Notes under the pieces: generated by a model | Database searches by the model: none | Told to the model about the DNA's origin: nothing | Seen by the model: only the letters and a program-made list of their open reading frames with translations | Translations under genes and position numbers: made by a program | Origin: Alphaproteobacteria bacterium | Lineage (GTDB): Bacteria > Pseudomonadota > Alphaproteobacteria > MPNO01 > UBA830 | Assembly (NCBI GenBank): GCA_965243135.1 | Contig: OZ251539.1 | Location: forward strand, 1,952,001-2,016,000 | Direction of reading: 5' to 3' | Length of the DNA stretch: 64,000 bases | Shown here: one piece after another, positions 33,298 through 44,617 of the stretch | Layout of the letters: each line of letters opens with the position of its first letter | Position numbering within the stretch: position 1 is the first letter of the stretch

Positions 33298-34985
33298 AAA
33301 CTCTCATGATCGGCGCCTGCTCGCCCCGTAGCATGTAACTGGTGGTTTTGCTGGCGTCGTGCCTGCCCGACGATCATTGGGTTAGACTGTTGGCAGGCAC
33401 GTGGACGATTTCTTTGCGGTGAACGCTGGTTTCCCGAAACCAAACTGTACCCGGACCGACGGCCTCGAGCCCCGTATTGTTCCCGGCCCCGCGCTGTGGA
33501 CGCACAACAAAATGATCCGCGCCGAACCGGTGCGTGACTTGCGTTCCGAAGGTCCCCCGCCCAACTCTCACATGGAGGCGTCGATGCTAACCGACAAAAT
33601 GCATGTCGTCCACCCGTGCGCAGCGGGTCTGGACGTTCACAAGATGGAGATCACCGCGACGGTGCGATTATGTTCGCCGGAGGGCGGCGATCCCGAGACC
33701 GAGACCGAGGCTTTCAGCACCCTGGAAAGCGGAATGCGCGATCTCGTGGCGTGGTTGCGTGGTCACGGCGTGACCGCCGCCGCGATGGAGGCGACCGGCT
33801 TGGGAGCTTCCGCGCTGGAAGACGCCGGCATCCACGTTGACCTGTTGCACGCGCAGCACGTCAAACAGGGGCCGGAAAACGGATGTCGCCGACAGCATGT
33901 GGCTGGCCTGCCAGTTCGGTCTGGCGGCTCCGAGTCTGGTCCTGCCGCGCGAGTTCCGGCGTCTGCGCGTGCTGAGTCGTCATCGGCGACGGATGATCGA
34001 CGACTGCGCCCGACTGCGCAACCGCGTTCACAAGATCCTGGACCGCGACGGCATCGGCGGGGTGCTCTCGGACGTGTTCGGCGTCAACGGGATGCGCATC
34101 CTTCGCGGAATGGTCGACGAAGAGCCGCGGGAGGAAATCGTCGCGTCCCGTCATGTTGCGGACAAACGCGATACGCGAAGCCCTTGCCTACAACCTCGCC
34201 CCGTACAGTCGGCAAATTCTTGGCGACTTGCTGCCACGACTACGCGAGCCAGAAGATCGCATGCTACGACAAACTCATTCGGGAAGGCCTCGACGGCTTC
34301 GAGAAGCAACTTCTTCTCTTGCAGACGATCCCCGGGCAGGGAATCGGCCTGCGCTATCCTGATCGGTCCCGACATTGGCGTATTCGGTTCCGCCTTGCGC
34401 CGCCTGGTCCGGCGTGTGCCCCGGCAACGACAAAAGCGCCGGCAAGCGGCGCAGCGGACGAAGCCGTAAGGGCAACCCGACGCTGCGCAAGGTGCTGGTG
34501 TGCGCACGGCGCAGCGCGAACCGACAACTGTCAGTTCCAAGGCTACCACAAAGCGCTTCGGGTCCGCTGCGGATCGCGCCATCGTCGCCACTGCGCACAA
34601 GCTGCTTCGCGTGGTCTACTGCGTCCTTCGGACCGGCAAGCCTTACCGGGACCCCGAGACCGACTACGAAGCGATGATGGTGAAGCGCAACGCTCCTCGG
34701 TGGATCCGCATGCTCGAAACGTACAACGTCGCGGGACGACGAAGGTGCGTGTCAAGCCGCAACGGGCGGCGCGGCGGCAACGGCGGGCACGGGCGCTGCA
34801 GGCAGCCTGAGCGCTGCGACATAACCGTTCCGGGTTCAAGCGGCGCGGCGCGAAGACAGGGCGTTACGGGGCAGCCCTCAGCGTCGCAATCCTGAATTCT
34901 CGAACGGCGAAGACCGCCGCGAAAAAATCTTCGATTCGCGGAACGGTTTCGTGCGGCCGGCAGCTCGGGGTAGTTACACAACAAA
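33298..34985 (+). mobile_element. IS110-family element; recombinase pseudogene ~33584-34810
   Basis: AGLDVHK, AMEATG, RKTDVAD (DEDD), PGNDKSAGK; AAA at both junctions; long noncoding ends. Confidence 0.85.
33355..33575 (+). ncRNA. Candidate IS110 bridge RNA region
   Basis: Noncoding left end with stems; CACAACAAA (33503-11) equals the element's right-end junction 34977-85. Confidence 0.45.
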
Positions 34986-36226
34986 GGAGGTGGCGGCGGA
35001 CGGAACAACGACAGGGACTGATGAAGTTCGAAGAGGTGTCGCACTGGGTGTGCTGAGCCAGGGCGAAGCAGCAGAGGGCGTTTCGGAACGCACCTTCCGG
35101 CGCTGGCGCTACGAGGCGGAGGGCGCGGAAGGGTTGTACGACCGCCGCCTGGGCCGGGTCTCGGCGCGCCGGGCCGGCGCGGACGAGGTGGCGCAGGTTC
35201 TGGAATTGTTCGACACCCGGTACTGGGACTTCAACGCCAGGCACTTTCACGAGAAGCTGGTCGCCTGCCATGGCGTCCGGCGCAGCTACAACTGGGTCCG
35301 GCTGACCTTGCAGGCCCATGGCCGCGTGCGAGCCGCGCCGCGCCGCGGCGCCCACCGGCGCAAGCGCCCGCGGCGCGCGCTGCCCGGCGCTGCACCAGGA
35401 CGGCTCGCGCCACGAGTGGGTGTCCGGTCGGCAGTGGGCGTCACCATGGACGACGCCACCAGCGAGGTCTACTCGGCCTTCTTCGTCGCCGAGGAAGGCA
35501 CCCTTTCCAGGCGCTTCGCGAGGTGATCGGCGAACGCGGGCTGTTCTGCTCGCTCTACACCGACCGCGGCAGCCACTACTTCCACACGCCCGAGGCCGGC
35601 GGCAAGGTCGACAAGGACAACCCGACCCAGGTCGGGCGCGCCCTTCGCCGGCGTCGAGCACATCGCCGCCTACTCGCCCGAGGCCCGCGGGCGCTCGGAG
35701 CGGGTGTTCGGCACCCTGCAGAAACGCCTGCCCCAGGAACTCAGGCTCGCCGGCGTCGCCGACATGGCCGAGGCCAACCGCTTCCTCAAGGAGGTCTACC
35801 TGCCGGGCCACAACCGGCGCTTCGCCACCCCACCCGAGGGGGTCGGCCTTCGTGCCCTTCGCCGGCACCCTGGACGACATCCTCTGCGTCCACGAGGACC
35901 GTCTCGAACGACACGCGGTACAAGGGACGCACCCTGCAGATCCCGGCCGACCGCCACCACTACGTCAAGGCCAAGGTCCGGGTCCACGAGTACCCTGACC
36001 ACACCCTTGCCGTCTTCCACGGCCCCAGACGCCTCGCTCTCTACCGGGCCGACGGGGCTCCGTTCGAAACCGCAACCCGGAAGGCCGCGTGACCCGCTTC
36101 GACGCGATTTTCCGGAGGCCTGAAGTGGACAGCCGCTTCGCGCCTGACCACTTCCCCACAGGCCCAACCACCACAACGGAAGCGGTCAATTAATTTGGTA
36201 CCTACCAGTTCAAAATGTTCTTGACA

Positions 36227-38114
36227 GCCCCAATTTCCAGCGCGCTTCCCGGCGGCGCCCCGGCCGCCTCGAACGAACCCGCCCGGACGCTCAGCAGCGC
36301 CGCCCCCTTGCGCGCCGAAAACCGGCGCCCGTCCTCCCGGCTGCGCGCGCCCCCGAATTTCGGTCCCCGGCTTTCCGCGCCTCGGCCGTCTCCAACGTCG
36401 CGTCCATGCCCCTCGCCGTCCGCTCGTCCGAAAAGTCGCGCGCAGGCGCGGCCACATGAGGCTCGGCGCGCCGCCCGCCGAAACCCGCTCCCGCGCCTGT
36501 CCGTTGATCGTTTCCGCGAAGTCGAGCGACGCCTCCGACCGCGCCAGGCCGATGGCGGGTGTCGCCGCAAGCCCGCCGCCCGCCTCCGTCCGGCCTCGAG
36601 GCCCATGGCGAAGCCCCGGCCGTCCGCGCCGTCCGTCAAAGCCTCGTTCCGGCCGGAGGTCAGCTTGACGTCGTACCGAGTCGCCTGCGCGTCCATTATG
36701 GAAGTTGTCGCCGAGGAACGCCATCCCGTGCACGCCCGCGTCGACCCCCGACAGCTCCATCTCGCTGCCGGAACCCGACATCTCCGCCGAACCCTGCAGC
36801 CCGCGCGACGACACGCCGAACCGCCCGTCGCCGTTCGTCGCGAGATCCGTCCCCGCCCGTGCGCCATACTGGCGGTTTGCGCGTAGTGACGGCCAACCCC
36901 TACCGCTCCGTCCCCGCCCGCACGCCGTACCGGCGGTAGTCGAAGGCCGCGTCCGGTCTTCGCTTTCCGCCCGCCGCGCCCGGCCGCCGTTGCCGTCCCG
37001 CGCCACCGACATGCCCTCCCCGCAGGTCGGCAGCCCGTTCATCGTCGACAACGCCGACGGCAGCGCCTCGCAGAGGCGGCGGCGCGGCGTCGCCGTTCTT
37101 GAGCGCCCGCCCCTCGCGGCAGGCTTCCAGGCTTGCATACGGGGCATTCTGTCCGGGGTTCGCCGCGCCGGCGCCGGAAGGCGCGGACGGAAAACAGCCG
37201 ATCTCGCGACCGCTGTCCCGTCTCGGAGACCCGGACGACGACTCCTTGCGCGCCAAGTCCGCTGACGACGGCACCCCCGACGGCACCCAAGCTCTCCGCC
37301 GCGTCCCTCCCGCGCGAGGCGGCCTTCGCCGTCGTCGAGACCCCGGCGCACGGTCACCAGGGTCTCGCCCTCTGAGCGAAAGACTCGCGCCGTTGGCCCC
37401 TGCCCTTTGGACCGACCGCGGCGCTGCCGCCGCCGTCGACCGCCGCGGCCGCGCCTTCGCTGCCCGTCACCATGCCGAGACCGCCGGCCGCCGTTGACCG
37501 GGGGCCGGCCGGCGCCCGCACGGCCGCGTCCGTCCCGCCCGTCGCTGTGCCGTTCACCGCCACGGCCCGCTGTCGTAGGCGGTCCCGCCCCGCCCCAGGG
37601 CTGCGTTCGCCGCGTAGACGCCGGCGCCGGTCGCGGGCGTCCCCGCGGCCTGACGGCCCCGTTGTTGGCGTCGCGTAGCAGGGCCGTCGTCGCGGGAGGA
37701 GCCTCCGGTCACGGCGATGTTGCCCGGGTTGTAGCGGTTCGGCAGCGCCCGCGCCGCTGTCTTGCAGTCGTCGGAGAACGCCGCGTCCGCGTCGTCCAGT
37801 GCGGCGTCGAGGCCGGCGTCGTCGCCCGTCGCCAGCGCCTTCAAAACCGCCTCCTCCGCCTCGGAGAAGGTGCTCGTCGGAATTTGCGGCAGCACGGCTC
37901 TGCAGGCGTTGTCGAGCGCGCTGCGCCTCGTCGCGGCTCGCCTTCCGTGCCGTCGGTGTCGGCGATGACGGCGATGACGGCGATGACCGCGCTCGCGGTC
38001 CTCGTCCTCCAGCGCCGCCCTGAATCGCGCCGCGAGGGCGTCCCCCTGCGCCTTGACGCTCGCAAGAGAGCCGTCGGCGAACGTGGCTGCTGACCCAACC
38101 TCTATGTAATTTTT
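36227..38114 (-). pseudogene. Second copy of the decayed autotransporter, without the IS
   Basis: Near-identical to 15591-17126 + 18773-18994. Confidence 0.85.
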
Positions 38115-38193
38115 GCTGTGTAACTACCCCCGAACTGCCGGCCGCGCGAGACCGTTCCGCGGGATTTTTTCGCGGCGGCGCTTGCCGTTCGAG

Positions 38194-40112
38194 GTAGAGT
38201 CGAGGACTGGCGCGTTAGTTTTAGGGTCCGGTGGATGTTCCGTCGCTTTCGCTCCGGGCCTCAGTCCGGCTCCCTTGGCCACGTTTCCAGTCCCCGCTCG
38301 TCAAACCGGACGTGCGGATTTCCCGCGCTTCGGTCAAGATCATGCCTTCGCCCACGGAAAGTTCTTCGTTCGCGTTTTAAGGCGCGTAAGACCTATTTCA
38401 TTCCATTCGTTTGGAAAGTGCGCATACTTTCCTTTACGCACCTTGTGCTTGCGACAGAACCATTGGCGCAGCCGACGGGCTGCGTGTAGATCAACGGCGG
38501 TGTAGGCAGGGCTAACCTGTCCCAATACGAAGTAATTTCCCCATCCAGCTATTACCCTGTTGAGGCGTTTTACCATCTCGTCCGGTTCAAGTTGTCCGTT
38601 CCTTTTCGCCGTCATTTCGCTATCGGCTTATGCTCTGGACGCTTGCCGGGTTGGGACGCGTTCCAATGTAGGATCGTCCCGTGTCCCGACGGTAGTTGCG
38701 TCCAATTCGGTACCCGAGGTACTCTAGTGGTTTCTCAGGTACTCGTAAGCATTGGGTCTTCTCCGCGTTTATCGGCAGTTTCAGCCTTTCCATGAGTGCT
38801 GCCGCCAGCATCTTGCTGGCCGACGCTTTGCCGAGCACTACGCTGTCGTCGGCGTAGTTGACGATCTTCGCGCAGAAGTTTTGAGCGTGCACCTTCCAGC
38901 CCAGAATGAAACGACGCATGGTTGCTGAGTAAAGGGGAGATTGGCGCCCCTTGCGGGGTGCCTTTCCTTTCCCTGCGCGCCCGGTTCGTGCGGCGTTTGC
39001 CGCCTTTGCCGTCGTCCTCCTCCACTGCCATTTCCAGCCATGCCTTGACCCAGCCCAGCATTCGTCCGTCGCTTACGCGACGGGCGACGGACTTCATCAG
39101 TTCCACATGAGGGGCCGAAGTAGTCGGACAAGTCCGCGTCCACCACCTCATGGTGGCCTTGTTTCAACAACTGGTGCACCCGATTGACCGCGTCGAGTGC
39201 GCTTCTTTCCGGTCTGTAGGCGTACTGCTCCGGTTGCAGGTCGGCTTCGAAGATCGGCGACAGTATAAGCATCGCCGCCGTTTGCGCCACCCTGCGCAGG
39301 GGATCCCCAGGGGCCGGAATTTTCCGCGTTGTTTCTTCGGGATCAGAACTTGCCGTACCGCGGCCGGTCGGTAGGTTCCTTCTTTCAGGTCCCGCGCCAG
39401 TTCCTCAAGCCACTGGCCTACTCCTTGCGCTTCCGCTATCGTCGTTCCGTCCGTCCCGGCAGTTCCTCCGTTTCGACGGACGTCCTGCCAGGCTGTGAAC
39501 AGCACTTCGTAGCTCCATACCTTGTCGCATAGCGAGTAGAACCGGAAACTCGGGGATTCCTTCGCTTGTAACGCTGTCTGGAGTCTCCGAACCTTCTCCG
39601 AGGCTGCTAGGCTTCTGCCAGTCCTCATGTCCTTTCCTCCTTCCAACGCTTCTCTTGACCCAAGGCCCCTTTCCTCCACCGGCGTTACCCGGCTTCCCCG
39701 GTACTACGGGCCTCTCCGCCACCCTGCCGGCCCGGCCTGCCCCTCGCGGGGTTCCGGTTGACTCGTGCGCGTCACCGACAGGGCTTCCCGTGTTGCTGCT
39801 TCCTTCATCTTCCATGCGTGCCGACATCACTACCCCGGCGGAAACGGTCGGTGCTCTTGTCGTTCTCTTCCCGACCGTCGGCGGCTTTCCTCTTGCTCCT
39901 GGAGGGTCAGCTTCCGCATTACGCGTTTCGAGGCCTGGTTCACTCGCGTTTCGGCCCGCATGTTTGCTGAGCGGCCTTCGCCGCCCTTTTTGTCCAGAGT
40001 GCTTCAGCCTACATCGTTACCTCCGTAAACCGCCCTGGCTGCTACCAACCGGAACGACAGTTGTTGGGTGGGATTCGCACCCACCAGAAGAAAGCGCCTT
40101 TCCACGGCGCAC
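38194..40112 (-). mobile_element. Group II intron (1919 nt)
   Basis: 5' GTGCG, 3' CTCTAC; domain V-like GCGGGAAATCCGCACGTCCGGTTTGACGAGCG. Confidence 0.9.
38340..39628 (-). pseudogene. ltrA: Group II intron reverse transcriptase/maturase, frameshifted, no endonuclease domain seen
   Basis: RPLGIP, QYAYRP, DADLSDYF, GTPQGAPISPLLSN, YADD, GWGNYF. Confidence 0.85.
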
Positions 40113-40261
40113 AGGAGCGTGACGCTGAGGACTGCCCCGTATAGCCCTGTCTTCGCGCCGCGACGCCCGAACGCGGAACGGTTATGTCGGCGAGCGGCGC
40201 GAGGGCGGGAGAACCACCCTCGAAGTTACATGCTACGGGGCGAGCAGGCCATGAGCGTTTA

Positions 40262-41560
40262 ACCGGGCAGCACTGCGCCCCGACGTCTTCGTCCGCGTTA
40301 CGCGCCCGGTAGATGCTCGCGAAAGAGTCGCTCCACGCGCGTGCGCGGCTCAAGAAGCGGCGCGGGCGCGGTGGCCATGGTTCGACGACTTGTCCCATGG
40401 CGCGAACCGGGAGCCGCCGCCGCGCGATTGGAGAACTATTCGCAATTTTCGTCGATTATCTGAGAGAACGATCTGCGCGGGCCGCGCTCCAGTCTTCTTT
40501 GTTGTTCTTCCTGGTAGTCGGCAATGTCTTCTTCCAGATCCTCTGCCGTTTCCGCCTTCATTTTCCATAGCCTCATTTCACTTTTCATGGAGGAAATTGT
40601 CCACCTGTCGTTCGACATGAGGGCCGCTCTGTATCGGCGTTCCATGTCGTCCAAATCCAGTGATCGCAATTCTTCCTTCAATTGTTGCAACCGGACCTGT
40701 TGTTCTTGATACGATCTTTCCCTTTCGGCTCGGGCCAACGCTACCGCTACGTCGCCGACCGTTCCAGGAACTTGCAGGATTCCCTTTCCCCTGTAATAGC
40801 AGCCGCCGTCTGCGGTTCTCTGGCCTTTCCCGCAAGAAGCCGTGCCGATCATGGCGACGATCAGCACATAGATATTCATCGAAACTCCGCGCCTCTACTC
40901 ATTGCACCAAAAATGGTTGCAACGAGCGAGTTCGTAATGATTCTTCGCGCCGGAAAAATAGTACTGCCGCTCGGCCATTGCGCGGGTCGTGCGCGCCCGG
41001 TCCGAGCCGGCGGGTGCGGAACCAAGACCAATCATCCCTGTGTTTTCTCGCGATATCCCCCCACAAGCTTGAGATAGCGTACGGATCGTAGCCGGCAAGA
41101 GCGGCATAGACGACGCCGATCTTGTCCGCCTCGTTCTCGTTCAGAACGCTGTACGCGAAGCTGGATCCCCTGGCGGGCTTGCCTTTCAGCGCAAATTCCG
41201 CTAAGGTGATCATTAGTTGTTGTTCCATATGATTGGCTGCCACGTGTCCGATTTCGTGGCCGATCACCGCGGCGACGGCCGCATCGTCCCGCACTTCGTC
41301 CATCAAGCCCCGGAAAACGGCCACTTGGGTTCCGCCGGTCACGAAGGCGTTGAAACCGTCCTCCGGCAATAGGAAGGCATTCCAGCTTTCATGGGCAAAG
41401 TGGCTTACTGCGTGAACGCGATTGAAGATGCTCAAAAGCCGGTTGTAGGAACCGCGGTCGACTTTCTGGTTCAGGCGGTCGTATTTCCTCAGAACCCGCC
41501 TCATTGCGGCATTTCCTTCTGCGATTTGTTCGGTGCGCGAATGGAAACTGGCCGTGCGTT
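40262..41560 (-). pseudogene. M48-family metallopeptidase and downstream ORF, frameshifted/truncated
   Basis: FNAFVTGG..VFRGL..VIGHEIGH..ENEADKIG; 3' part duplicated at 19492-19729. Confidence 0.7.
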
Positions 41561-41696
41561 GTCCGGTGATCGGAGGCCCCGAGGCGGCGTCCTCGGCCGG
41601 GCGGCCCGTCAAGCCGCGCGACGAACCGGCGGCTGCCGCCGCAGGCCGAACCGCGGGCGGCGTTCTTTCGCGGAGGCGGCCGTGACGGGAAGCCGT

Positions 41697-43235
41697 TCAG
41701 GCGGCCTCGCAGTCGAACCCGACGACGTTGCGCTCCTCGCGGCTGAACTCCACCCCGATCAGGTGGACCGAACGTCCAAGATGGCGGTACTTGTCCGCGT
41801 AGCCCTTCTCCCGCAGTTGCGCGAGCGCGATCCCCTCCCGCCCGCGCTCCACCACCTTGAACTCGAACAGGTAGACGCGCCCGCCGGCGCGGATCGCCAT
41901 GTCGGCGCGCCCCCGGCTGCCGCTGTCCTCGGCCACCGGCTCGAGGCCCTCCATCAGGAAGCAGCTGTGGATGACGCTCGCGTAGTGGGCCTCGTACTTC
42001 GCGACCGGGCTGCTCGCGTACCACTGGTGCGGGATGGCGGCGAAGACGCCGCGGAACAGGGTTTCGAGACGCTTGAAGTCGTTCGCCGCCAGCAGTTCGC
42101 CCAGCCGCAGGCACGCCGTCTTCTTGCGCGCCTCGACCGGGAGCAGTTCTTCCAGCAAGGCCTCGCCCAGGCTCTGGCGCACCTCGAGGTTCGGGTAGTC
42201 CAGCCTGTAGCGCCCGTCCTCCTCGCCGGCGATGGTGAGGTAGCCGGTCTGGAACAGAAGCGCCTCGACCGAGACATTGTCCACGTCGAAGGCCGAGAGC
42301 AGGCTCTCGCTGCCGATCATGCCGTCCAGGTCGGGAGTGGGCAGGTCGCGGCGCGCCAGCGTCTCGACCAGGAAGGTCGGCGTGCCGCTATGGAACCAGT
42401 AGTTGCCGAACTTGCGTTTGTCGAACAGCAGCAGGAGGCCGAACGGATTGTAGAGCTTCTCCGGCCCGCACCAGTTGTAGCCGTTGTACCAGCGGCGGAT
42501 CTCGTCCCGGTCCAGGCCCTCGAGTTCCGGGGCGAAGACCGCGTCCAGTTCCGCGTCCGTGCAGCCGCAGATGGCGCCGTAGCGCTCGTCCAGCGTGATG
42601 TCGTTCAGGTTGTTCAGGCCCGAGAACAGGCCCGCCTTCGAGAATTTGCTCACCCCCGTCAGGAAAACGAAACGGAGATGCCTGTCGCAAGCCTTGATCA
42701 CCCCGTACAGGCTGCGCAGGAAGTCGCGGTTGGCCCGCGCAAGCTCCCGGTCGCCGAGCGCGTCCAGGATCGGCTTGTCGTATTCGTCCACCAGCACGAC
42801 CGTCCGCTGTCCGGTGCGCTCGTGCAGCGTCCTTATCAGGCGCCGGAAACGGACCGATGCCCCGGCGGGACCCGGTTCGAGACCGGCCTGCATCTCCGTC
42901 TCTTCCAACTGCGCTTCTACGGTTTCCCGAACCCCGTCCGGAGTGTCGAAATCGCCCACGCCGCTGAAATCCAGCCGCACGACCGGATAGCGCGCCGACC
43001 AGTCCCACTTGCCGTGCACGGCGAGGCCCCGGAACAGCTCCTCGCTCCCCTCGAACAACTCCTGCAGCGTGTCCACCAGCAGGGTCTTGCCGAACCGGCG
43101 CGGACGCGACAAGAAGTAGTAATCTCCTCCTTCGACGAGGCGGCGCAGATGGTCCGTCTTGTCGACGTAGTAGCAGTCTCTCGTCCGGATTTTCCGGAGG
43201 GAGGTCATGCCGATCGGAAGCATGCGTTTCGTCAT
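41697..43235 (-). CDS. AAA-ATPase-like / PD-(D/E)XK nuclease protein, copy C
   Basis: Same motifs; C-terminal type ending GFDCEAA. Confidence 0.9.
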   Translation of the reverse strand: MTKRMLPIGMTSLRKIRTRDCYYVDKTDHLRRLVEGGDYYFLSRPRRFGKTLLVDTLQELFEGSEELFRGLAVHGKWDWSARYPVVRLDFSGVGDFDTPDGVRETVEAQLEETEMQAGLEPGPAGASVRFRRLIRTLHERTGQRTVVLVDEYDKPILDALGDRELARANRDFLRSLYGVIKACDRHLRFVFLTGVSKFSKAGLFSGLNNLNDITLDERYGAICGCTDAELDAVFAPELEGLDRDEIRRWYNGYNWCGPEKLYNPFGLLLLFDKRKFGNYWFHSGTPTFLVETLARRDLPTPDLDGMIGSESLLSAFDVDNVSVEALLFQTGYLTIAGEEDGRYRLDYPNLEVRQSLGEALLEELLPVEARKKTACLRLGELLAANDFKRLETLFRGVFAAIPHQWYASSPVAKYEAHYASVIHSCFLMEGLEPVAEDSGSRGRADMAIRAGGRVYLFEFKVVERGREGIALAQLREKGYADKYRHLGRSVHLIGVEFSREERNVVGFDCEAA

Positions 43236-43239
43236 TCGA

Positions 43240-43890
43240 AGAGGGTAGGCCGCCGCGCCGGAGCCGTCAAGAAGTCGGCGGCGGCAGGCGCGTCCCCTGG
43301 CGCGGCAAGCAGCCGGCAGTTTCCGCAGCGGTACGGCGGGGAAAGCGCGGAGGCGAGCGAAGCTGTCGCTCCGCGGAAATCCTGCTCCGCCGAGGCGAGC
43401 GCGTTCGACGCGCTCAACGCGCGGCCTGGAGGCCGCGGGCGAACGCCGACGGAAGACGCCGCCGCCAAAGGCGACGCGCGTCGACAACGACGCCGGCTTC
43501 GCGAGCCTCGACGGCAAGGTCGACGCCCTCGCCGCGGAAACCGGGGCCGACGCAACGCGACGGCAAGCGCCCTCGCCAGGGAAAGCCGCGCGCCGACGAT
43601 TGTCGCGGCAGGCCTCGCACCTGCAGCTGGTTCGGCGCCGGAGGCGCGCGACGACATGCGCCGCAAGCGGCGAGACGCCTGAACGTCGGGCAGCGGTTCC
43701 GTCGAACGAGAGCGTCGTCCGGTCGAGCGAGCGGACTTCCGCCGCCGAAAACCATGGCTCGTTCGAAGCCGTCAACCGAAGCGGCTCGCGAAAGCGAAAC
43801 CGGAAACGGCGGCGGCGGGCGTTGGCCCCCGTTTTTGAACTCACCCGCCTGACCTCTCCGCAACATGAAAACGGTCGATCAGCCACCACG
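43240..43890. repeat. ~650-bp upstream block shared (inverted) with 58905-59560
   Basis: Direct sequence similarity; includes a decayed NDAGFASLDGKVDALAAE segment. Confidence 0.75.
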
Positions 43891-43929
43891 CGCGTTGCGC
43901 TTCAAACTTGAAGGGGCGATCCGGGGAAG

Positions 43930-44063
43930 GCGGCTTAGGACCGGCGATCTCGGTTGCTTCGACGAAGACGGGTTCCCGACCGTCACCGGGCGAACCCGGG
44001 ACGTCATCATCCAGGGCGGGGTCAACATTTCTCCGCTGGAGATCGACAACGCGCTGGTTTCTG
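43930..44063 (+). pseudogene. AMP-binding enzyme fragment
   Basis: RTGDLG.FDEDG..TGRTRDVIIQGGVNISPLEIDNAL. Confidence 0.75.
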
Positions 44064-44170
44064 TGCGCCGTGGAAAGGCGCTTTCTTCTGGTGGGTGCGA
44101 ATCCCACCCAACAACTGTCGTTCCGGTCAGCCAGGGCGGTTTACGGAGCGTAGGCTGAAGCACTCTGGAC
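44064..44170 (+). mobile_element. Group II intron 5' fragment
   Basis: GTGCGCCGTGGAAAGGCGC... same as the 5' end at 40112. Confidence 0.85.
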
Positions 44171-44173
44171 AAA

Positions 44174-44617
44174 CGCTCATGATCGGCGCCTGCTCGCCCC
44201 GTAGCATGTAACTGGTGGTTTTGCTGGCGTCGCGCCGCTCGCCGACATAACCGTTCCGGGTTCGGGCGTCGCGGCGCGAAAACAGGGCTATACGGGGCTG
44301 CCCTCAGCGTCACGCTCCTCTCGAACGGCCAGTGCCGCCGCGAAAAAATCTTCGATTCGCGGAACGGTTTTGTGTGGCCGGCAGTTCGGGGTAGTTACAC
44401 AGCAAACGCTCATGATCGGCGCCTGTTCATCCCGTAGCATGTAACTTTGGGTATGGTTCTCCCGGCCTCGCGCCGCTCGCCGACATAACCGTTCCGCGTT
44501 CGGGCGTCGCGGCGTGAAGACAGGGCTATACTCAGCGTCACGCTCCTCTCGAACGGCGAGCGCCGCCGCGAAAAAATCTCGCGGAACGGTTTCGTGCGGC
44601 CGGCAGCTTGGGGTTAG
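44174..44617 (+). mobile_element. Head-to-tail dimer of the IS110-derived MITE (copies 4 and 5)
   Basis: Junction GTTACACAGC-AAA-CGCTCATG at 44394-44414; second unit lacks an intact right end. Confidence 0.85.

Larger units (their letters stand above)
33263..36226 (+). mobile_element. IS1202-like (ISNCY) element; transposase pseudogene ~34990-36092
   Basis: Ends TGTCA(GT/AG)AACA; LHQDGSRHEW, TMDDATS, LYTDRGSHYF, AYSPEARGRSERVFGTLQ; no TSD visible. Confidence 0.8.
38115..40257 (-). mobile_element. IS110-derived MITE copy 3, interrupted by a group II intron
   Basis: Halves 38115-38193 and 40113-40257 rejoin as CCGTTCGAG|AGGAGCGTG. Confidence 0.85.

Noticed and set aside
38340-39628. RT as a diversity-generating retroelement or retron driving paralogue variation
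   Set aside because: It lies inside a canonical group II intron (GTGCG...AC, domain V). Paralogue differences are block swaps, not adenine-specific TR/VR changes.
44075-44115. tRNA-like GTGGGTGCGAATCCCACCCA hairpin
   Set aside because: Part of group II intron domain I; no cloverleaf
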